NCBI GenBank assembly: GCA_031381685.1
Contig: JANMYF010000187.1
Span: forward strand, 1 to 62,074
DNA from: Acidimicrobiia bacterium
GTDB lineage: Bacteria; Actinomycetota; Acidimicrobiia; Acidimicrobiales; JANYDT01
Reading direction: 5' to 3'
Length of the DNA: 62,074 bases
The translations under genes and the position numbers were made by a program. The notes under the pieces are model-generated. The model did not search any database. It was given only the letters and a program-made list of their open reading frames with translations, and had not been told where the DNA came from. The number at the start of each line of letters is the position of its first letter. The first letter of the stretch is position 1. Positions 35,678 to 45,570 of this stretch are shown in pieces.

Positions 35678-36707
35678 GATCGACGTTGTCGCACACGCGG
35701 CCGTGATCCTGGGAACGCGAGCCGAAACGAACGTGGCGCTCGCCGCGTTCACGACCTTTCGCATCGGCGGACCAGCGCAACTACTCGTGCGGGCACAGAG
35801 CGCCGATGACTTCGCCGCCGTGCACGACGCCGTGCGTTCGACCGGCATCGACGTGCTGGTGGTCGGACAGGGTTCGAATCTGCTCATCGCCGACGCCGGG
35901 TGGCCCGGGCTCGTCCTGGTCGTCGGCGGTGGCGAAAGCGATGCGATCACCATCGACCGCACCGAGGACGACGAACTGTTCGTTCGGGCCGGCGCCGGCG
36001 TGAAGTTGCCGGTACTGGCGCGGCGATCGGTGGCCGAAGGGGCCACCGGCCTCGAGTGGATGGTCGGCGTCCCCGGATCGGTTGGCGGCGCAGTGCGGAT
36101 GAACGCCGGCGGTCACGGGTCCGATGTCGCGACGAACATCGTGAGCGCCGACGTCGTCGACCTCGCGGCGGACACCGGAGTTGTCAGCCGTTCGAAGCAA
36201 CTCCTCGGCCTCTCGTACCGGCACAGTGCGCTGTCACCGACGGAGGTGGTGATCGGCGCCACGTTCCGCTGCGGCGTCGGCCCGACAGCAGTGGGGGAGG
36301 AGACCATTCGTGAGATCGTCCGCTGGCGACGCGCCCATCAACCGGGCGGCGCCAATTGCGGGTCGGTGTTCACCAACCCGGTTGGCGACTCGGCCGGCCG
36401 GCTCATCGATGCGGCCGGACTGAAGGGGAGACGGATGGGTGGTGCCTCGGTGTCGGACAAGCACGCCAACTTCATCCAGGCCGATCCGGGCGCGTCGGCG
36501 GCCGACGTCTGGGCGCTGATCGTCGACGTGCGTACCCAGGTGTTCGATCGCTTCGGCATCGTTCTGACCCCGGAAGTTCGCACCGCCGGGTTCACCGCTG
36601 AGCTTCCCCCTCTCGGTCGGCTGACCGCCGCACAGGACCCACACCGTGGTGCCGGCACTTCGGCGTCCGGCGAGCCGCCCACCGCCACGACCGATACGAA
36701 CCTTTGA
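35670..36707 (+). CDS. murB: UDP-N-acetylenolpyruvoylglucosamine reductase MurB
   Basis: GTG start overlapping the murC end. Motifs: FTTFRIGGPA, VVGQGSNLLIAD, GSVFTNP. Confidence 0.9.
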   Translation: MSEIDVVAHAAVILGTRAETNVALAAFTTFRIGGPAQLLVRAQSADDFAAVHDAVRSTGIDVLVVGQGSNLLIADAGWPGLVLVVGGGESDAITIDRTEDDELFVRAGAGVKLPVLARRSVAEGATGLEWMVGVPGSVGGAVRMNAGGHGSDVATNIVSADVVDLAADTGVVSRSKQLLGLSYRHSALSPTEVVIGATFRCGVGPTAVGEETIREIVRWRRAHQPGGANCGSVFTNPVGDSAGRLIDAAGLKGRRMGGASVSDKHANFIQADPGASAADVWALIVDVRTQVFDRFGIVLTPEVRTAGFTAELPPLGRLTAAQDPHRGAGTSASGEPPTATTDTNL

Positions 36708-36740
36708 TGTCTCAATCCACCGTTGTCTGGAGCCCGTTCC

Positions 36741-37937
36741 ATGTCTGAACTCATCGATCAACCGTTGCCCGGGTTCGCCAACCCGGCCGGCCCGACGCTC
36801 ACCACGGGTACCACCGCCGTTCTCGAACGGAGCACGCTGGACGCAAGTCCGGAGGTGTCGGACGGACCCCTCGCCCCAGTTGTCGCGATGCGCATGCGCC
36901 CCGCTCCCGAACCGATCACGGCAGCCAAGGTCGAGTCCGCGTTCGCGACTTCGCCGACGATGCTCCCGGAAGGCGAGTCAATCCTGGACACCACACCGCG
37001 GGTGGAGGGGGCAATCGTGCGGCGACCCGGGGACGTCGGATGTGTGACGGTCCGTGCGCCGCTTCTCGATCCCACCAGGTCACCACCACCGGTTTCGGCG
37101 CGCCGAAACGAGTCGACCTCGCGGAGCCGCCGGGACAGGAAGCGCTCGCAGCCTCATCCGCGGCTCGTCGATCGCCAACGCGCCATTCGACGCGCCGAGC
37201 GCATGGCCCGGCTCCGGCCGCTGCTGATCCCGGTGGTGCTCCTCACCGCCGTCACGATCGCCGCGGTGACGGTACTGACAACGCCGCTGTTCTCCGTGTC
37301 CAGGGTCGTGCTCCGCTTCAGCGGAACCGCAGCCGAGCAGCAGGAGATCGCTCGGATCATCACACCGATGCGCCGCCACAACATCGTGCGCCTCGACGTC
37401 GGAAATCGGGAGTCCGCGTTGCGCTCGCTGCCATGGGTTTCCACGGCAACCGTCCGGCGGTCGTTCCCACGGACCATCGAGGTCCGGGTGAAGGCCCACG
37501 ATGTCGCGGGCGCCGTGCGGCTTCCGAACGGACGTGTCGCCATGACCTCGACGGACGGATCGGTCCTTTCTGTCGTCGACGCGGATGACCCTTCGGTCGC
37601 CGGACTCCCATCGTTCGACCTCGGGTTGACGGCGATTCCCACCCCGAACGACGCGCTCGCTGACCCCGCGCCCGCCGTGCTCGCCAGCGCGAAAGCACTC
37701 GAACGTCGTCTTCCGGGGCGGCTGCAGCGGGTCGCGCTCGGCATCAATGGCGTTGAATGGCTGCTGAAGCCGGCTGACGGTGGCGCGCCGGCGCGTGTGC
37801 TGATCGGTCGGCCGAGGGACTCCGACATTCCTGCGGCGGCGCTGATGTCGGTGTTGAGCCGCTCGGGCCCGAGGCCGACCGTCATCGATCTCCGCACACC
37901 TGACACCCCGGTTCTGACGTTCGCTGCTTCCCGTTGA
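36741..37937 (+). CDS. ftsQ: cell division protein FtsQ (POTRA domain) with ~180-aa low-complexity cytoplasmic N-terminus
   Basis: Track ORF 36723..37937 (ATG 36741). Basic stretch SRSRRDRKRS, TM segment LLIPVVLLTAVTIAAVTVL, POTRA-like VSRVVLRFSGTAAEQQEIARII. Positioned between murB and ftsZ. Confidence 0.85.
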   Translation: MSELIDQPLPGFANPAGPTLTTGTTAVLERSTLDASPEVSDGPLAPVVAMRMRPAPEPITAAKVESAFATSPTMLPEGESILDTTPRVEGAIVRRPGDVGCVTVRAPLLDPTRSPPPVSARRNESTSRSRRDRKRSQPHPRLVDRQRAIRRAERMARLRPLLIPVVLLTAVTIAAVTVLTTPLFSVSRVVLRFSGTAAEQQEIARIITPMRRHNIVRLDVGNRESALRSLPWVSTATVRRSFPRTIEVRVKAHDVAGAVRLPNGRVAMTSTDGSVLSVVDADDPSVAGLPSFDLGLTAIPTPNDALADPAPAVLASAKALERRLPGRLQRVALGINGVEWLLKPADGGAPARVLIGRPRDSDIPAAALMSVLSRSGPRPTVIDLRTPDTPVLTFAASR

Positions 37938-38105
37938 GGGCCGGCCGCGTCGACTTCGCGTCGTGGCGGCCCCTCGTCCAGCGCCGGACCGTGGCGGTTC
38001 TCGAGGGCCGCATGCCACGCTCGATCCGCTCCTCGGCACTAACCTGCCCCCAATCACCTTGGGTGGTCCGCATTCTGCGTGCCTCCCCACTCTTCGGAGG
38101 TCCTT

Positions 38106-39221
38106 GTGGTCCCACCACAGAATTACCTGGCTGTCATCAAGGTCGTCGGTTGCGGCGGCGGTGGCGTGAACGCCGTCAACCGGATGATCGAGGCCGGGCT
38201 GAAGGGGTCCGAGTTCATCGCCGTGAACACCGATGCGCAGGCCTTGCTGATGAGCGACGCCGACGTCAAGCTCGACATCGGCCGTGAGCTCACGCGTGGC
38301 CTCGGTGCGGGATCGGATCCCGAGATCGGACGTCGGGCGGCGGAGGAACACATCGAGGAGATCCGAGAGGCCATCAAAGGCGCCGACATGGTCTTCGTGA
38401 CGGCCGGTGAAGGCGGGGGAACCGGCACCGGTTCGGCCCCGGTCATCGCCGAGGTGGCCAAGGCCATGGGGGCCCTGACCATCGGTGTGGTCACCCGGCC
38501 GTTCTCCTTCGAGGGTCGCCGTCGCTCGGTGCAGGCCGAGAATGGCATCCAGGCGTTGAAGGAGAAGGTTGACACCCTGATCGTCATCCCTAACGACCGG
38601 CTGCTCACGGTGGCTTCCGACAAGACCACGATGGTCACCGCGTTCAAGATGGCCGACGAGGTACTGCTGCAAGGCGTGCAGGGCATCACGGACCTGATCA
38701 CCGTCCCAGGGCTCATCAACACCGACTTCGCCGACGTGCGGGCGATCCTCCAGGACGCCGGAACCTCGCTGATGGGCATCGGCTACGGCACCGGCAACGG
38801 TCGGGCTGCCACTGCAGCGCGAACGGCGATCTCGTCGCCCCTGCTCGAATCGTCCGTCGAAGGAGCCCGCGGCATCCTCCTGAACATCACGGGAGCGCAC
38901 GACCTCGGCCTCTTCGAGGTCAACGAAGCGGCCGAGATCATCCGCGGCGTCGCCCATCCCGATGCGAACATCATCTTCGGAACGGTGATCGACGATGGCA
39001 TGGAAGACGTTGTCCGGGTCACCGTCATCGCTGCCGGCTTCGACCGGTGGGACGACCAGCGCAAGAGCTCATCGCCGGCCACAAGCAGCGGTTCGGGCAG
39101 TTCCGACAAGGGACTGCGTGCTGTTCCGAACCCGGCCGACGACATCTTCTCGTCGCCCGATGACGAGGGCGGCTACAACGGTGACGATGACGAGTTCGAC
39201 GTCCCGTCGTTCCTGAAGTAG
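38106..39221 (+). CDS. ftsZ: cell division GTPase FtsZ
   Basis: GTG 38106 preceded by GGAGG with a 5-nt spacer. Motifs: [17 protein letters not shown] and tubulin signature [14 protein letters not shown]. Confidence 0.96.
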   Translation: MVPPQNYLAVIKVVGCGGGGVNAVNRMIEAGLKGSEFIAVNTDAQALLMSDADVKLDIGRELTRGLGAGSDPEIGRRAAEEHIEEIREAIKGADMVFVTAGEGGGTGTGSAPVIAEVAKAMGALTIGVVTRPFSFEGRRRSVQAENGIQALKEKVDTLIVIPNDRLLTVASDKTTMVTAFKMADEVLLQGVQGITDLITVPGLINTDFADVRAILQDAGTSLMGIGYGTGNGRAATAARTAISSPLLESSVEGARGILLNITGAHDLGLFEVNEAAEIIRGVAHPDANIIFGTVIDDGMEDVVRVTVIAAGFDRWDDQRKSSSPATSSGSGSSDKGLRAVPNPADDIFSSPDDEGGYNGDDDEFDVPSFLK

Positions 39222-39253
39222 CGGATCTGGCCGCGAGTCCCGGCGTTCTTCCG

Positions 39254-39931
39254 TTGCCTCCGGCAACGCTCGCCGTTGACGGGTGGACCGTGCGGTTCAC
39301 CAACCGCGACGACGGGGACTTCTCGCCGTCGAGTACCGGTGTCGCGAACCGTCGGGCCGCGATCATCGGATCACGGCCCGTCGTCTGGCTCCGACAGGTG
39401 CACGGAGCGGCGTTCGTGGTGATCCCCGGTCCCGACGATGCTGAGCGCTTCGCCGGAAGCGAGGCCGACGCCGCGATCACCGACTCGCCCGGAGTCGTCT
39501 TGTCCGTCGTCACTGCGGATTGCGCTCCGATCGCGATTGTCGCGGGTGACGTCGGAGCAGTCGTTCATGCCGGCTGGCAGGGTCTTCTGCGAGGCGTGAT
39601 CGAAGCGGCGGTCCATGCTGTCCGGGCCCGGGCCGGCGCTTCGGCGCCCTTGCAAGCCATCCTCGGTCCGTGCATCCACCCGCACGCGTACGAATTCGGA
39701 GACGAGACTCTCCGTCAGCTGTCGGCCCGCTACGGCGATGACGTCCGTGGCGAAACCGCCGACGGACGCCCGGCGCTCGACGTACCCTGCGCCGTCGGGG
39801 TCGCCCTTGGAGCGTTGCAGGTACCGCTGTCGCTCGCGTGGTGTGCGGACACGGCGTCGACGGGCTATTTCTCCCACCGGACCCGGACCGACCCGCAGCG
39901 ACAGGCACTGTTTCTGTGGCGGGACCGATGA
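39254..39931 (+). CDS. pgeF: peptidoglycan editing factor PgeF (YfiH/DUF152, laccase-domain protein)
   Basis: TTG start. Motifs: TADCAPIAIV and VHAGWQGLLRGV. Conserved position after ftsZ. Confidence 0.85.
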   Translation: MPPATLAVDGWTVRFTNRDDGDFSPSSTGVANRRAAIIGSRPVVWLRQVHGAAFVVIPGPDDAERFAGSEADAAITDSPGVVLSVVTADCAPIAIVAGDVGAVVHAGWQGLLRGVIEAAVHAVRARAGASAPLQAILGPCIHPHAYEFGDETLRQLSARYGDDVRGETADGRPALDVPCAVGVALGALQVPLSLAWCADTASTGYFSHRTRTDPQRQALFLWRDR

Positions 39932-40629
39932 GCGATTCGATCTCCCAGCTGCCCGCGGATCACGACCGGTCGCGCTCCATTGCCGAGCGGCTGGCCGTGG
40001 TCCAGAACCACATCCTGGCGGCGGGCCGTCGACTCGACGAGGTCACCATCGTTGCGGTCACCAAGGGCTTCGGAGCAGACACCGTGCGCGCCGCCCACGC
40101 CGCCGGGCTCCGCCTGTTCGGCGAGAACTACGCCGACGAACTCGTCGCAAAGGCGACCGAGCTCGGCGACGCCGGAGGGTTCGACGGCCGATGGACGTTC
40201 CAGGGACGATTGCAGTCCAACAAGATCAATCGTTTGGCCCCGTTCGTCTCGCTGTGGCAGACCCTCGGCTCGATCGAGCAGGCGGCTGCGCTGGCCAAGC
40301 GGGTCCCCTCGGCCGAGGTCCTCGTGCAGGTCAACCTGACGGGGCGCGCCGAACAGGGAGGAGCGAGCGTTGACGACGTGGGCTCGGTGGTCGAGGCAGC
40401 TCAGCTCGCCGGGCTTCACGTGCGCGGTCTGATGGGCATCGGCCCCGACACCGACGACCAACTCGCCCGAAGGAGCGCCTTCGCGCTCCTTCGTCGGGCG
40501 ACCGAACGCCACAGCCTCGCCGAAACGTCGATGGGGATGTCCGACGACTACGTCGATGCACTCGCAGAAGGATCCACGAGGATCCGCGTCGGCAGCGTGC
40601 TCTTCGGTCCCCGCCCGGCGACCCGGTAG
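39928..40629 (+). CDS. yggS: YggS-family pyridoxal-phosphate homeostasis protein
   Basis: ATG 39928 overlaps the pgeF stop (ATGA). PLP-lysine motif IVAVTKGF, plus SMGMSDDY and IRVGSVLFG. Confidence 0.9.
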   Translation: MSDSISQLPADHDRSRSIAERLAVVQNHILAAGRRLDEVTIVAVTKGFGADTVRAAHAAGLRLFGENYADELVAKATELGDAGGFDGRWTFQGRLQSNKINRLAPFVSLWQTLGSIEQAAALAKRVPSAEVLVQVNLTGRAEQGGASVDDVGSVVEAAQLAGLHVRGLMGIGPDTDDQLARRSAFALLRRATERHSLAETSMGMSDDYVDALAEGSTRIRVGSVLFGPRPATR

Positions 40630-40780
40630 AGCGCTCCCACCAACGATCGCAGGTGTGGGGGGCGGGATTCTGCTGTCCGCGGCCCGCCGAGGACCCGGTC
40701 CGGTGAAGAGAACACCGCTGCCACGATGGCTGACCACTAACATGTCGACTTCATCGTCGGATACTCCGACCGGAGGATGC

Positions 40781-41320
40781 ATGGCAGGGTTCTTCAACAA
40801 GGCAATGGACTATCTCGGCTTGAGTGACAACGACGCGTACGGCGACTACGAGCCGTACGAGGAACAGTCACCTTCGGCGCCGCCGCGTCGCCAGCCGGAT
40901 CGTCACGCGTACGAGTTCGATCCGCCCAACGTGCGTGCCGTTCCCGTCGTCCCGGTCGAGTCCGGAGTCGGCATGGTCACTCCCCAGGTCCGCACGGTGC
41001 CCTCGTCGACGGGCAGCGGTTCCGGATCGGTTCGTCCTCTACCGGGAAGCTCCGCGACGAAGGTGCATGCCGTCACCCCGAGTTCGTTCGCCGATGCCCA
41101 GGAGATCGGTGAGCGCTTTCGCGCTGCGCAGCCGGTCATCGTGAACCTCGGTGAAGTCGACCGCGAGGTGAAGCGTCGCCTGATCGATTTCGCCGCCGGC
41201 CTCACCTTCGGGCTGAACGGGTCGATGGACCGGGTCTCCGACGTGGTCTACATGCTCACGCCGCGCGACGTGCCGCCGCCCGTCCTCGGACCCGAGGATC
41301 GGGCCCGTTCTCTCGGTTGA
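40781..41320 (+). CDS. sepF: cell division protein SepF
   Basis: ATG 40781 after GGAGG. N-terminal amphipathic MAGFFNKAMDYLGL. C-terminal domain FADAQEIGERFRAAQPVIVNL...RRLIDFAAGLTFGLNGSMDRV. Confidence 0.9.
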   Translation: MAGFFNKAMDYLGLSDNDAYGDYEPYEEQSPSAPPRRQPDRHAYEFDPPNVRAVPVVPVESGVGMVTPQVRTVPSSTGSGSGSVRPLPGSSATKVHAVTPSSFADAQEIGERFRAAQPVIVNLGEVDREVKRRLIDFAAGLTFGLNGSMDRVSDVVYMLTPRDVPPPVLGPEDRARSLG

Positions 41321-41348
41321 CCCGGGTTCGTTCGGAGCCGCAAACCCG

Positions 41349-42059
41349 ATGACAATCTCCGCCGAATCCATTCGCAAAATCGAGTTCCGCGAAGGCTGGC
41401 GGGGCTACAACCAGGTCGACGTCGATGTGTTCCTCGAAGAGGTCGCCGCCGGCGTCGACGAACTGCACACCTCGTTGGCCGAGCTGAAGGCCCGGGCCGA
41501 ACGGGCGGAGAGCCGGGTCGCCGCGCCGGGGGTGACCCGGGAAACCGACGAGACGGTCCGACGCACGCTGACGTTGGCCCAACGGGCCGCTGACCTGGTG
41601 GTTGGGGAATCGAAAGCCGTCGCCGAGCGCATTGTTGCCGATGCCAACGCCCAGGCGACCCGGCTCCACGCCGAGGCTGTCGCGGCTGCGGCAGCGGTCA
41701 GCGCGGCGTCGCAGGCCGAAGCGAACGAGGCCATCGCGAAGCGCCACACCGAGGCAGACGTCGCGCATGAGCACCACGTCGCCAAGCTGGCCGCGCAACG
41801 TGAGTCGCTTGACGACGAGTTGGACCGCCGTCGGCGCGAGCTCGACGACCTCCGGTCACTCACGGCCGCAACCCGCGACCGACTCCGTGCGGCCCTGACC
41901 GATCATCTGGCTCGACTCGACCAGCTCGACGGCGGCGGTGAGAACGAGTTCGGCGTCGCTGCACCCAGTGCCGTGCCGACGATCGCGGTTCCCGACCTTT
42001 CTGCGCCTCTGTCGGGCAACGTGGACGCCCAGTCAAAGGCGGCTGCGCTCGCCGAATGA
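41349..42059 (+). CDS. divIVA: DivIVA/Wag31 family cell-pole scaffold protein
   Basis: IRKIEFREGWRGYNQVDVDVFLEEVA followed by coiled coil. Confidence 0.92.
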   Translation: MTISAESIRKIEFREGWRGYNQVDVDVFLEEVAAGVDELHTSLAELKARAERAESRVAAPGVTRETDETVRRTLTLAQRAADLVVGESKAVAERIVADANAQATRLHAEAVAAAAAVSAASQAEANEAIAKRHTEADVAHEHHVAKLAAQRESLDDELDRRRRELDDLRSLTAATRDRLRAALTDHLARLDQLDGGGENEFGVAAPSAVPTIAVPDLSAPLSGNVDAQSKAAALAE

Positions 42060-42109
42060 GGGTGGGCGGTGACGCCTCGCTGTGGGGGTGGGCCGCGAAA
42101 TGCGCCGAA

Positions 42110-42135
42110 CGCGTGACATGGGTCATGTCGACGCG
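42110..42135 (+). other. GC-rich hairpin downstream of divIVA (11 bp with a one-nt bulge, GGT loop)
   Basis: CGCGTGACATG-GGT-CATGTC(G)ACGCG. No U-tract follows, so a terminator function is uncertain. Confidence 0.3.
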
Positions 42136-42240
42136 CGGTGTTCTCGTCCGCAATGGCGCGAATTCGTGTGATTGAGGCAGTAGTCTGCCCGCCTTCCCGG
42201 GGATCTGAAGGTCCCTCCGGCACCGTAACGGGAGTACATC

Positions 42241-43803
42241 GTGGCTGCAACGTCGAAATCGATTCCTGCACGCAAATCGGCGAAATCCGCCGTAGCGAAG
42301 AAAGCAGCACCGGCGCCGAAGAAGGTTGTCGCCAAGCCAACCGGCAAGCCGGCGGCGAAAGCGAGCGGACGTCCGGCAGCGCCCGGGAAATCGGCCGCCA
42401 CCAAGGCGTCAGCGAGCACACTGCGTGTTGCCAAGACGCCGGCGAAGGCCGCCGCAGGAAAGCCCGGGTCCCGCAAGGGTGCGCTGAGCAAGGCAAAACC
42501 GAAGGCCGCCGTCACCACGGTGAAGACGAGAAGCACGACCGCAACGAAGAAGACGACTGCGAAAGCGGTTCCCAAGGCCACCAAAGCTGCACCCGCGAAG
42601 TCGGCAGCACCGGTCAAGCGCTCCACGGCGAGTGCCACCAAGGCAAAACCCGCATCTTCCCCCACCCGATCGGCGTCACGAACCAACATGAAGTCTCCGA
42701 GCAAACCCACCGGCGAGAAGAAGTCTCCCGCCAAGCCGAGCGCGTCAGCCAAGGCAGTCGCGCCTACGACGAAGACGAGTGCCAAGCCCTCGCCCAAAGC
42801 CTCCAGCGCCAAGGTCGCCCCCGTGAAGGCGGCGGTAAAGACGGCGGTAAAGACGGCGGCAAAGACGGCGGTAAAGGCCGCGCCGGTGAAGCCTTCCCCG
42901 GTGAAGGCTGCTCCCGCGAAAGCCGCTCCTGCCTCCGCAAAGGCGGTGGCCAAACCCGCCCCGACCCCGCTGCCCGCGAAGGCTTCTCCGGTCAAGCCCG
43001 CGGCGCCGCCCAAGGCGCCCGCGGCGAAGGCGGCTATCGCTGCGCCGGAACCGTCCAAGGCCACGAAGGCATCAGCCGCGAAGGCCAAGGCGGTGGCGGA
43101 GGTCAAGGCCGTACCGGAGGCTGCGGCCTCGGTGGCGACGGAGCCCGCTGCAGCCGTTGTCGAAGTCGCGCCACCGCCGGCTCCGGTCAAGGAAGCGAAG
43201 GTTCCGACGGGAAAGAACGCGCCGATTCCCGGTGCCATGGTGGCCCCCGCCTCGCCTGAGGCGCGAGCAGCGGCTCTCGCCCGGTCGGAGAACCAGCCGG
43301 CTCGCCCGATCGTGTCGCTGCGCCCCGCCGGACGCTCCATGCCCGCCGCGGTCCCCGTGCGGACCCCGGTGAAACTGCTCAAAGCGCCGGCCATCAATGC
43401 CAACGACGAGTTCGACGGGATTGAGGCACTGAGCGAAGGCCAGTTCCTCACCCAACAGAAGGAGCTCCTCACGGTTTCGCGCGATGCCCTGCAGCGGCAG
43501 GCCGAAGCGTTCCAAGAAGAGGCCGACCAGCTGGCCCGAGAGATGGAACCCGGCGACGTGCAGTTCGACGACGAGTCCGGTGAAGGCGGCACCCTCTCCA
43601 TGGAGCGCGAGCGCGACCTCGCAATGTCCGCGCAGTTCCTGTTGAAGGTCGAAGAGGTCGAAGAGGCCCTCGTCCGCATCGGGACCGGTGACTACGGGTA
43701 CTGCGGCCACTGTCAAAAGCCGATCACCCGTATGCGGTTGCGTGCCCTGCCGTTCACGACTCTCTGCATCGAGTGTAAGAACGGTGGTCTGTCACGTCGG
43801 TGA
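42241..43803 (+). CDS. bipartite protein: ~380-aa Lys/Ala/Pro-rich histone-H1-like N-terminal region fused to a DksA/TraR C4 zinc-finger domain (DdbA-like)
   Basis: GTG 42241 with GGGAG 8 nt upstream. N-terminus is AKKAAPAPKK / PAKAA / VKTA repeats. The C-terminus has a coiled coil and then YGYCGHCQKPITRMRLRALPFTTLCIECK (CxxC-17-CxxC). Confidence 0.88.
   Translation: MAATSKSIPARKSAKSAVAKKAAPAPKKVVAKPTGKPAAKASGRPAAPGKSAATKASASTLRVAKTPAKAAAGKPGSRKGALSKAKPKAAVTTVKTRSTTATKKTTAKAVPKATKAAPAKSAAPVKRSTASATKAKPASSPTRSASRTNMKSPSKPTGEKKSPAKPSASAKAVAPTTKTSAKPSPKASSAKVAPVKAAVKTAVKTAAKTAVKAAPVKPSPVKAAPAKAAPASAKAVAKPAPTPLPAKASPVKPAAPPKAPAAKAAIAAPEPSKATKASAAKAKAVAEVKAVPEAAASVATEPAAAVVEVAPPPAPVKEAKVPTGKNAPIPGAMVAPASPEARAAALARSENQPARPIVSLRPAGRSMPAAVPVRTPVKLLKAPAINANDEFDGIEALSEGQFLTQQKELLTVSRDALQRQAEAFQEEADQLAREMEPGDVQFDDESGEGGTLSMERERDLAMSAQFLLKVEEVEEALVRIGTGDYGYCGHCQKPITRMRLRALPFTTLCIECKNGGLSRR
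42832..42879 (+). repeat. 4 x 12-bp tandem repeat inside the Lys/Ala-rich region
   Basis: gcggtaaagacg gcggtaaagacg gcggcaaagacg gcggtaaaggcc, encoding AVKT AVKT AAKT AVKA. Confidence 0.9.
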
Positions 43804-44402
43804 CTGGCGCACTGAGCCGGTCCGATCGTGGCTCCGACCTTCGTGCGATGACGGACGATTCCCACTCGTCGACCCCCGGGTCCCTTGGGCGCGCCCTCTC
43901 GGCGCGCACGTGGGGTCTGTTGGTGGCCGCCATCGTTGTCGGCGTCGATCAACTCACGAAGTCGCTGGTGGTCAGCCACCTGAGCGCGACGGAGGAGTTC
44001 CGCATCGTCGGCGATGTGCGTCTTATCCGGCGCTTCAACACTGGTATGGCCTTTTCCCAAGGCAGCGGCTCGGGGGCGGTCACCTGGATCGTCGGGGTGG
44101 TGATCCTCGTTCTGGCCGCTTGGGTGCTCCGGACCCTCTGGCGGGTTCCGGGCTCACCCGGTGCACCGTCGAGGCCCTTTGCCGCGGCGCTCGGTGGGCT
44201 CCTCGGCGGGGCGATCGGCAATAAGGTCGACCGACTCGTCCGACGCGGCGGCGCCGTTGTCGATTTCATCGACGTCGGGTTCTGGCCGGTGTTCAACGTC
44301 GCCGACTCCGCTCTGTGCGTCGCCTGCGTGGTGCTGGTGATCCTGTCGTTCCGAGCCGACGCCGCCGGGGCCCGGGACCGCCGACCCGAGAACACCACAT
44401 GA
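43800..44402 (+). CDS. lspA: lipoprotein signal peptidase II LspA
   Basis: GTG 43800 overlaps the upstream stop (alternative ATG 43848). Motifs: DQLTKSLV, FNTGMAFS, VDFIDVGFWPVFNVADS. Confidence 0.9.
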   Translation: MTGALSRSDRGSDLRAMTDDSHSSTPGSLGRALSARTWGLLVAAIVVGVDQLTKSLVVSHLSATEEFRIVGDVRLIRRFNTGMAFSQGSGSGAVTWIVGVVILVLAAWVLRTLWRVPGSPGAPSRPFAAALGGLLGGAIGNKVDRLVRRGGAVVDFIDVGFWPVFNVADSALCVACVVLVILSFRADAAGARDRRPENTT

Positions 44403-45325
44403 GGATCTCCGACGTCGTGCCTGATGCCCTCGACGGCGAACGACTCGATCGCGTCGTCGCCGTGCTCGCCGATCTCACCAGGTCGCGGGCAGCGGAGCTG
44501 GTCAGTGATGGCTCCGTCATGCTGAACGGGGTGGTCGTCACCAGTCGCACGGCGCGCGTTGCCGTCGGTTCGGTCGTCGAGATCGATCGGCCCGACGACG
44601 TTCTCGCTGCCGCCCTATCGGCCGATCCGGGCGTCGAGTTCGGTGTGGTTTTCGAAGATGGCGACATCGCCGTGGTCGACAAACCGGCGGGTCTGGTCGT
44701 CCACCCCGGTTCGGGCCATCAATCCGGCACGCTCGTGCACGGTCTGCTCGCCGGGTACCCCGAGATCGCCCTCCTCGGTGTCGGTGACCGGCGGGATCGT
44801 CCGGGAATCGTGCACCGTCTCGACCGCGGCACCTCGGGTCTGCTCGTCGTCGCCCGCACGGCCGCGGCCCAGTCGCGCCTGACCGAGATGATGGCCCGTC
44901 GCGAGGTCAGTCGGCGCTACCTGGCGCTCGCACTGGGCGAGCTCGAAGCCGACAACGGCCTCGTCGATGCCCCGATCGGGCGTTCGGACCAGGATCCGAC
45001 CCGCATGACCGTCTCGGCGAACGGCCGCGAGGCCCGCACCTCCTACCGCGTGTTGGAGCGTTTCCACGAGCCCGAACCGGCCACGTACGTCGAATGCACC
45101 CTCGAAACTGGCCGAACTCATCAGATCCGGGTCCATCTCTCGGCCATCGGCCACCCCATCGCCGGTGATCCCCGCTACGGCGGCACGCGGGGAGCGATCG
45201 TCGTCGGCCGGCCCTTCCTCCACGCGTATCGGCTGGCCTTCGCCCATCCGATCACCGGTGTCGAACTGGCATTCGAGTCGCCGTTGCCGGCCGATCTGGT
45301 CGAGGTGCTGGCTCACCTGAGCTGA
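44399..45325 (+). CDS. rluD: 23S rRNA pseudouridine synthase, RluD/RluA family
   Basis: ATG 44399 overlaps the lspA stop (ATGA). S4-like N-terminus, catalytic HRLDRGTSGLLVVA, then TGRTHQIRVH. Confidence 0.9.
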   Translation: MRISDVVPDALDGERLDRVVAVLADLTRSRAAELVSDGSVMLNGVVVTSRTARVAVGSVVEIDRPDDVLAAALSADPGVEFGVVFEDGDIAVVDKPAGLVVHPGSGHQSGTLVHGLLAGYPEIALLGVGDRRDRPGIVHRLDRGTSGLLVVARTAAAQSRLTEMMARREVSRRYLALALGELEADNGLVDAPIGRSDQDPTRMTVSANGREARTSYRVLERFHEPEPATYVECTLETGRTHQIRVHLSAIGHPIAGDPRYGGTRGAIVVGRPFLHAYRLAFAHPITGVELAFESPLPADLVEVLAHLS

Positions 45326-45570
45326 CCTGTTCAGCTGTTTGGATTGCTGGTGCAAACCGGTGGCCGGTCTACAGATACGGCGGCGCAATGCCGACAATCA
45401 GCCCGTGGACGCGAAAAAGCCGAGCTCCGTGATGACCGGTTGGGGTCATCACATCACCCGGCTTCAACGCTGCCCCGAAGGACAACAGCTGGGCTCAGCC
45501 CCAGTCGACTCCGTGCATAGCGCACCTGTCCTTTGTGTGGTGGAAACAACATTCCCTGTAACGGGAACAA

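Noticed and set aside
37938-37972. GC-rich hairpin immediately after the ftsQ stop as a terminator or attenuator before ftsZ
   Set aside because: The stem (GGGCCG/CGGCCC plus inner pairs) is plausible. However, there is no U-tract, ftsZ needs read-through or its own promoter, and such GC palindromes are frequent at this base composition. Not enough support to list it as a feature.
37080-38957. 625-aa minus-strand ORF across ftsQ and ftsZ
   Set aside because: It is antisense to two unmistakable division genes (the tubulin signature GGGTGTG is on the plus strand), and it has an R/G/D-rich composition.
42123-43679. 518-aa minus-strand Ala/Gly/Thr-rich ORF
   Set aside because: It is the mirror image of the Lys/Ala-rich repeat gene on the plus strand. 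The plus-strand frame ends in a bona fide DksA/TraR zinc finger and has an SD-preceded start.
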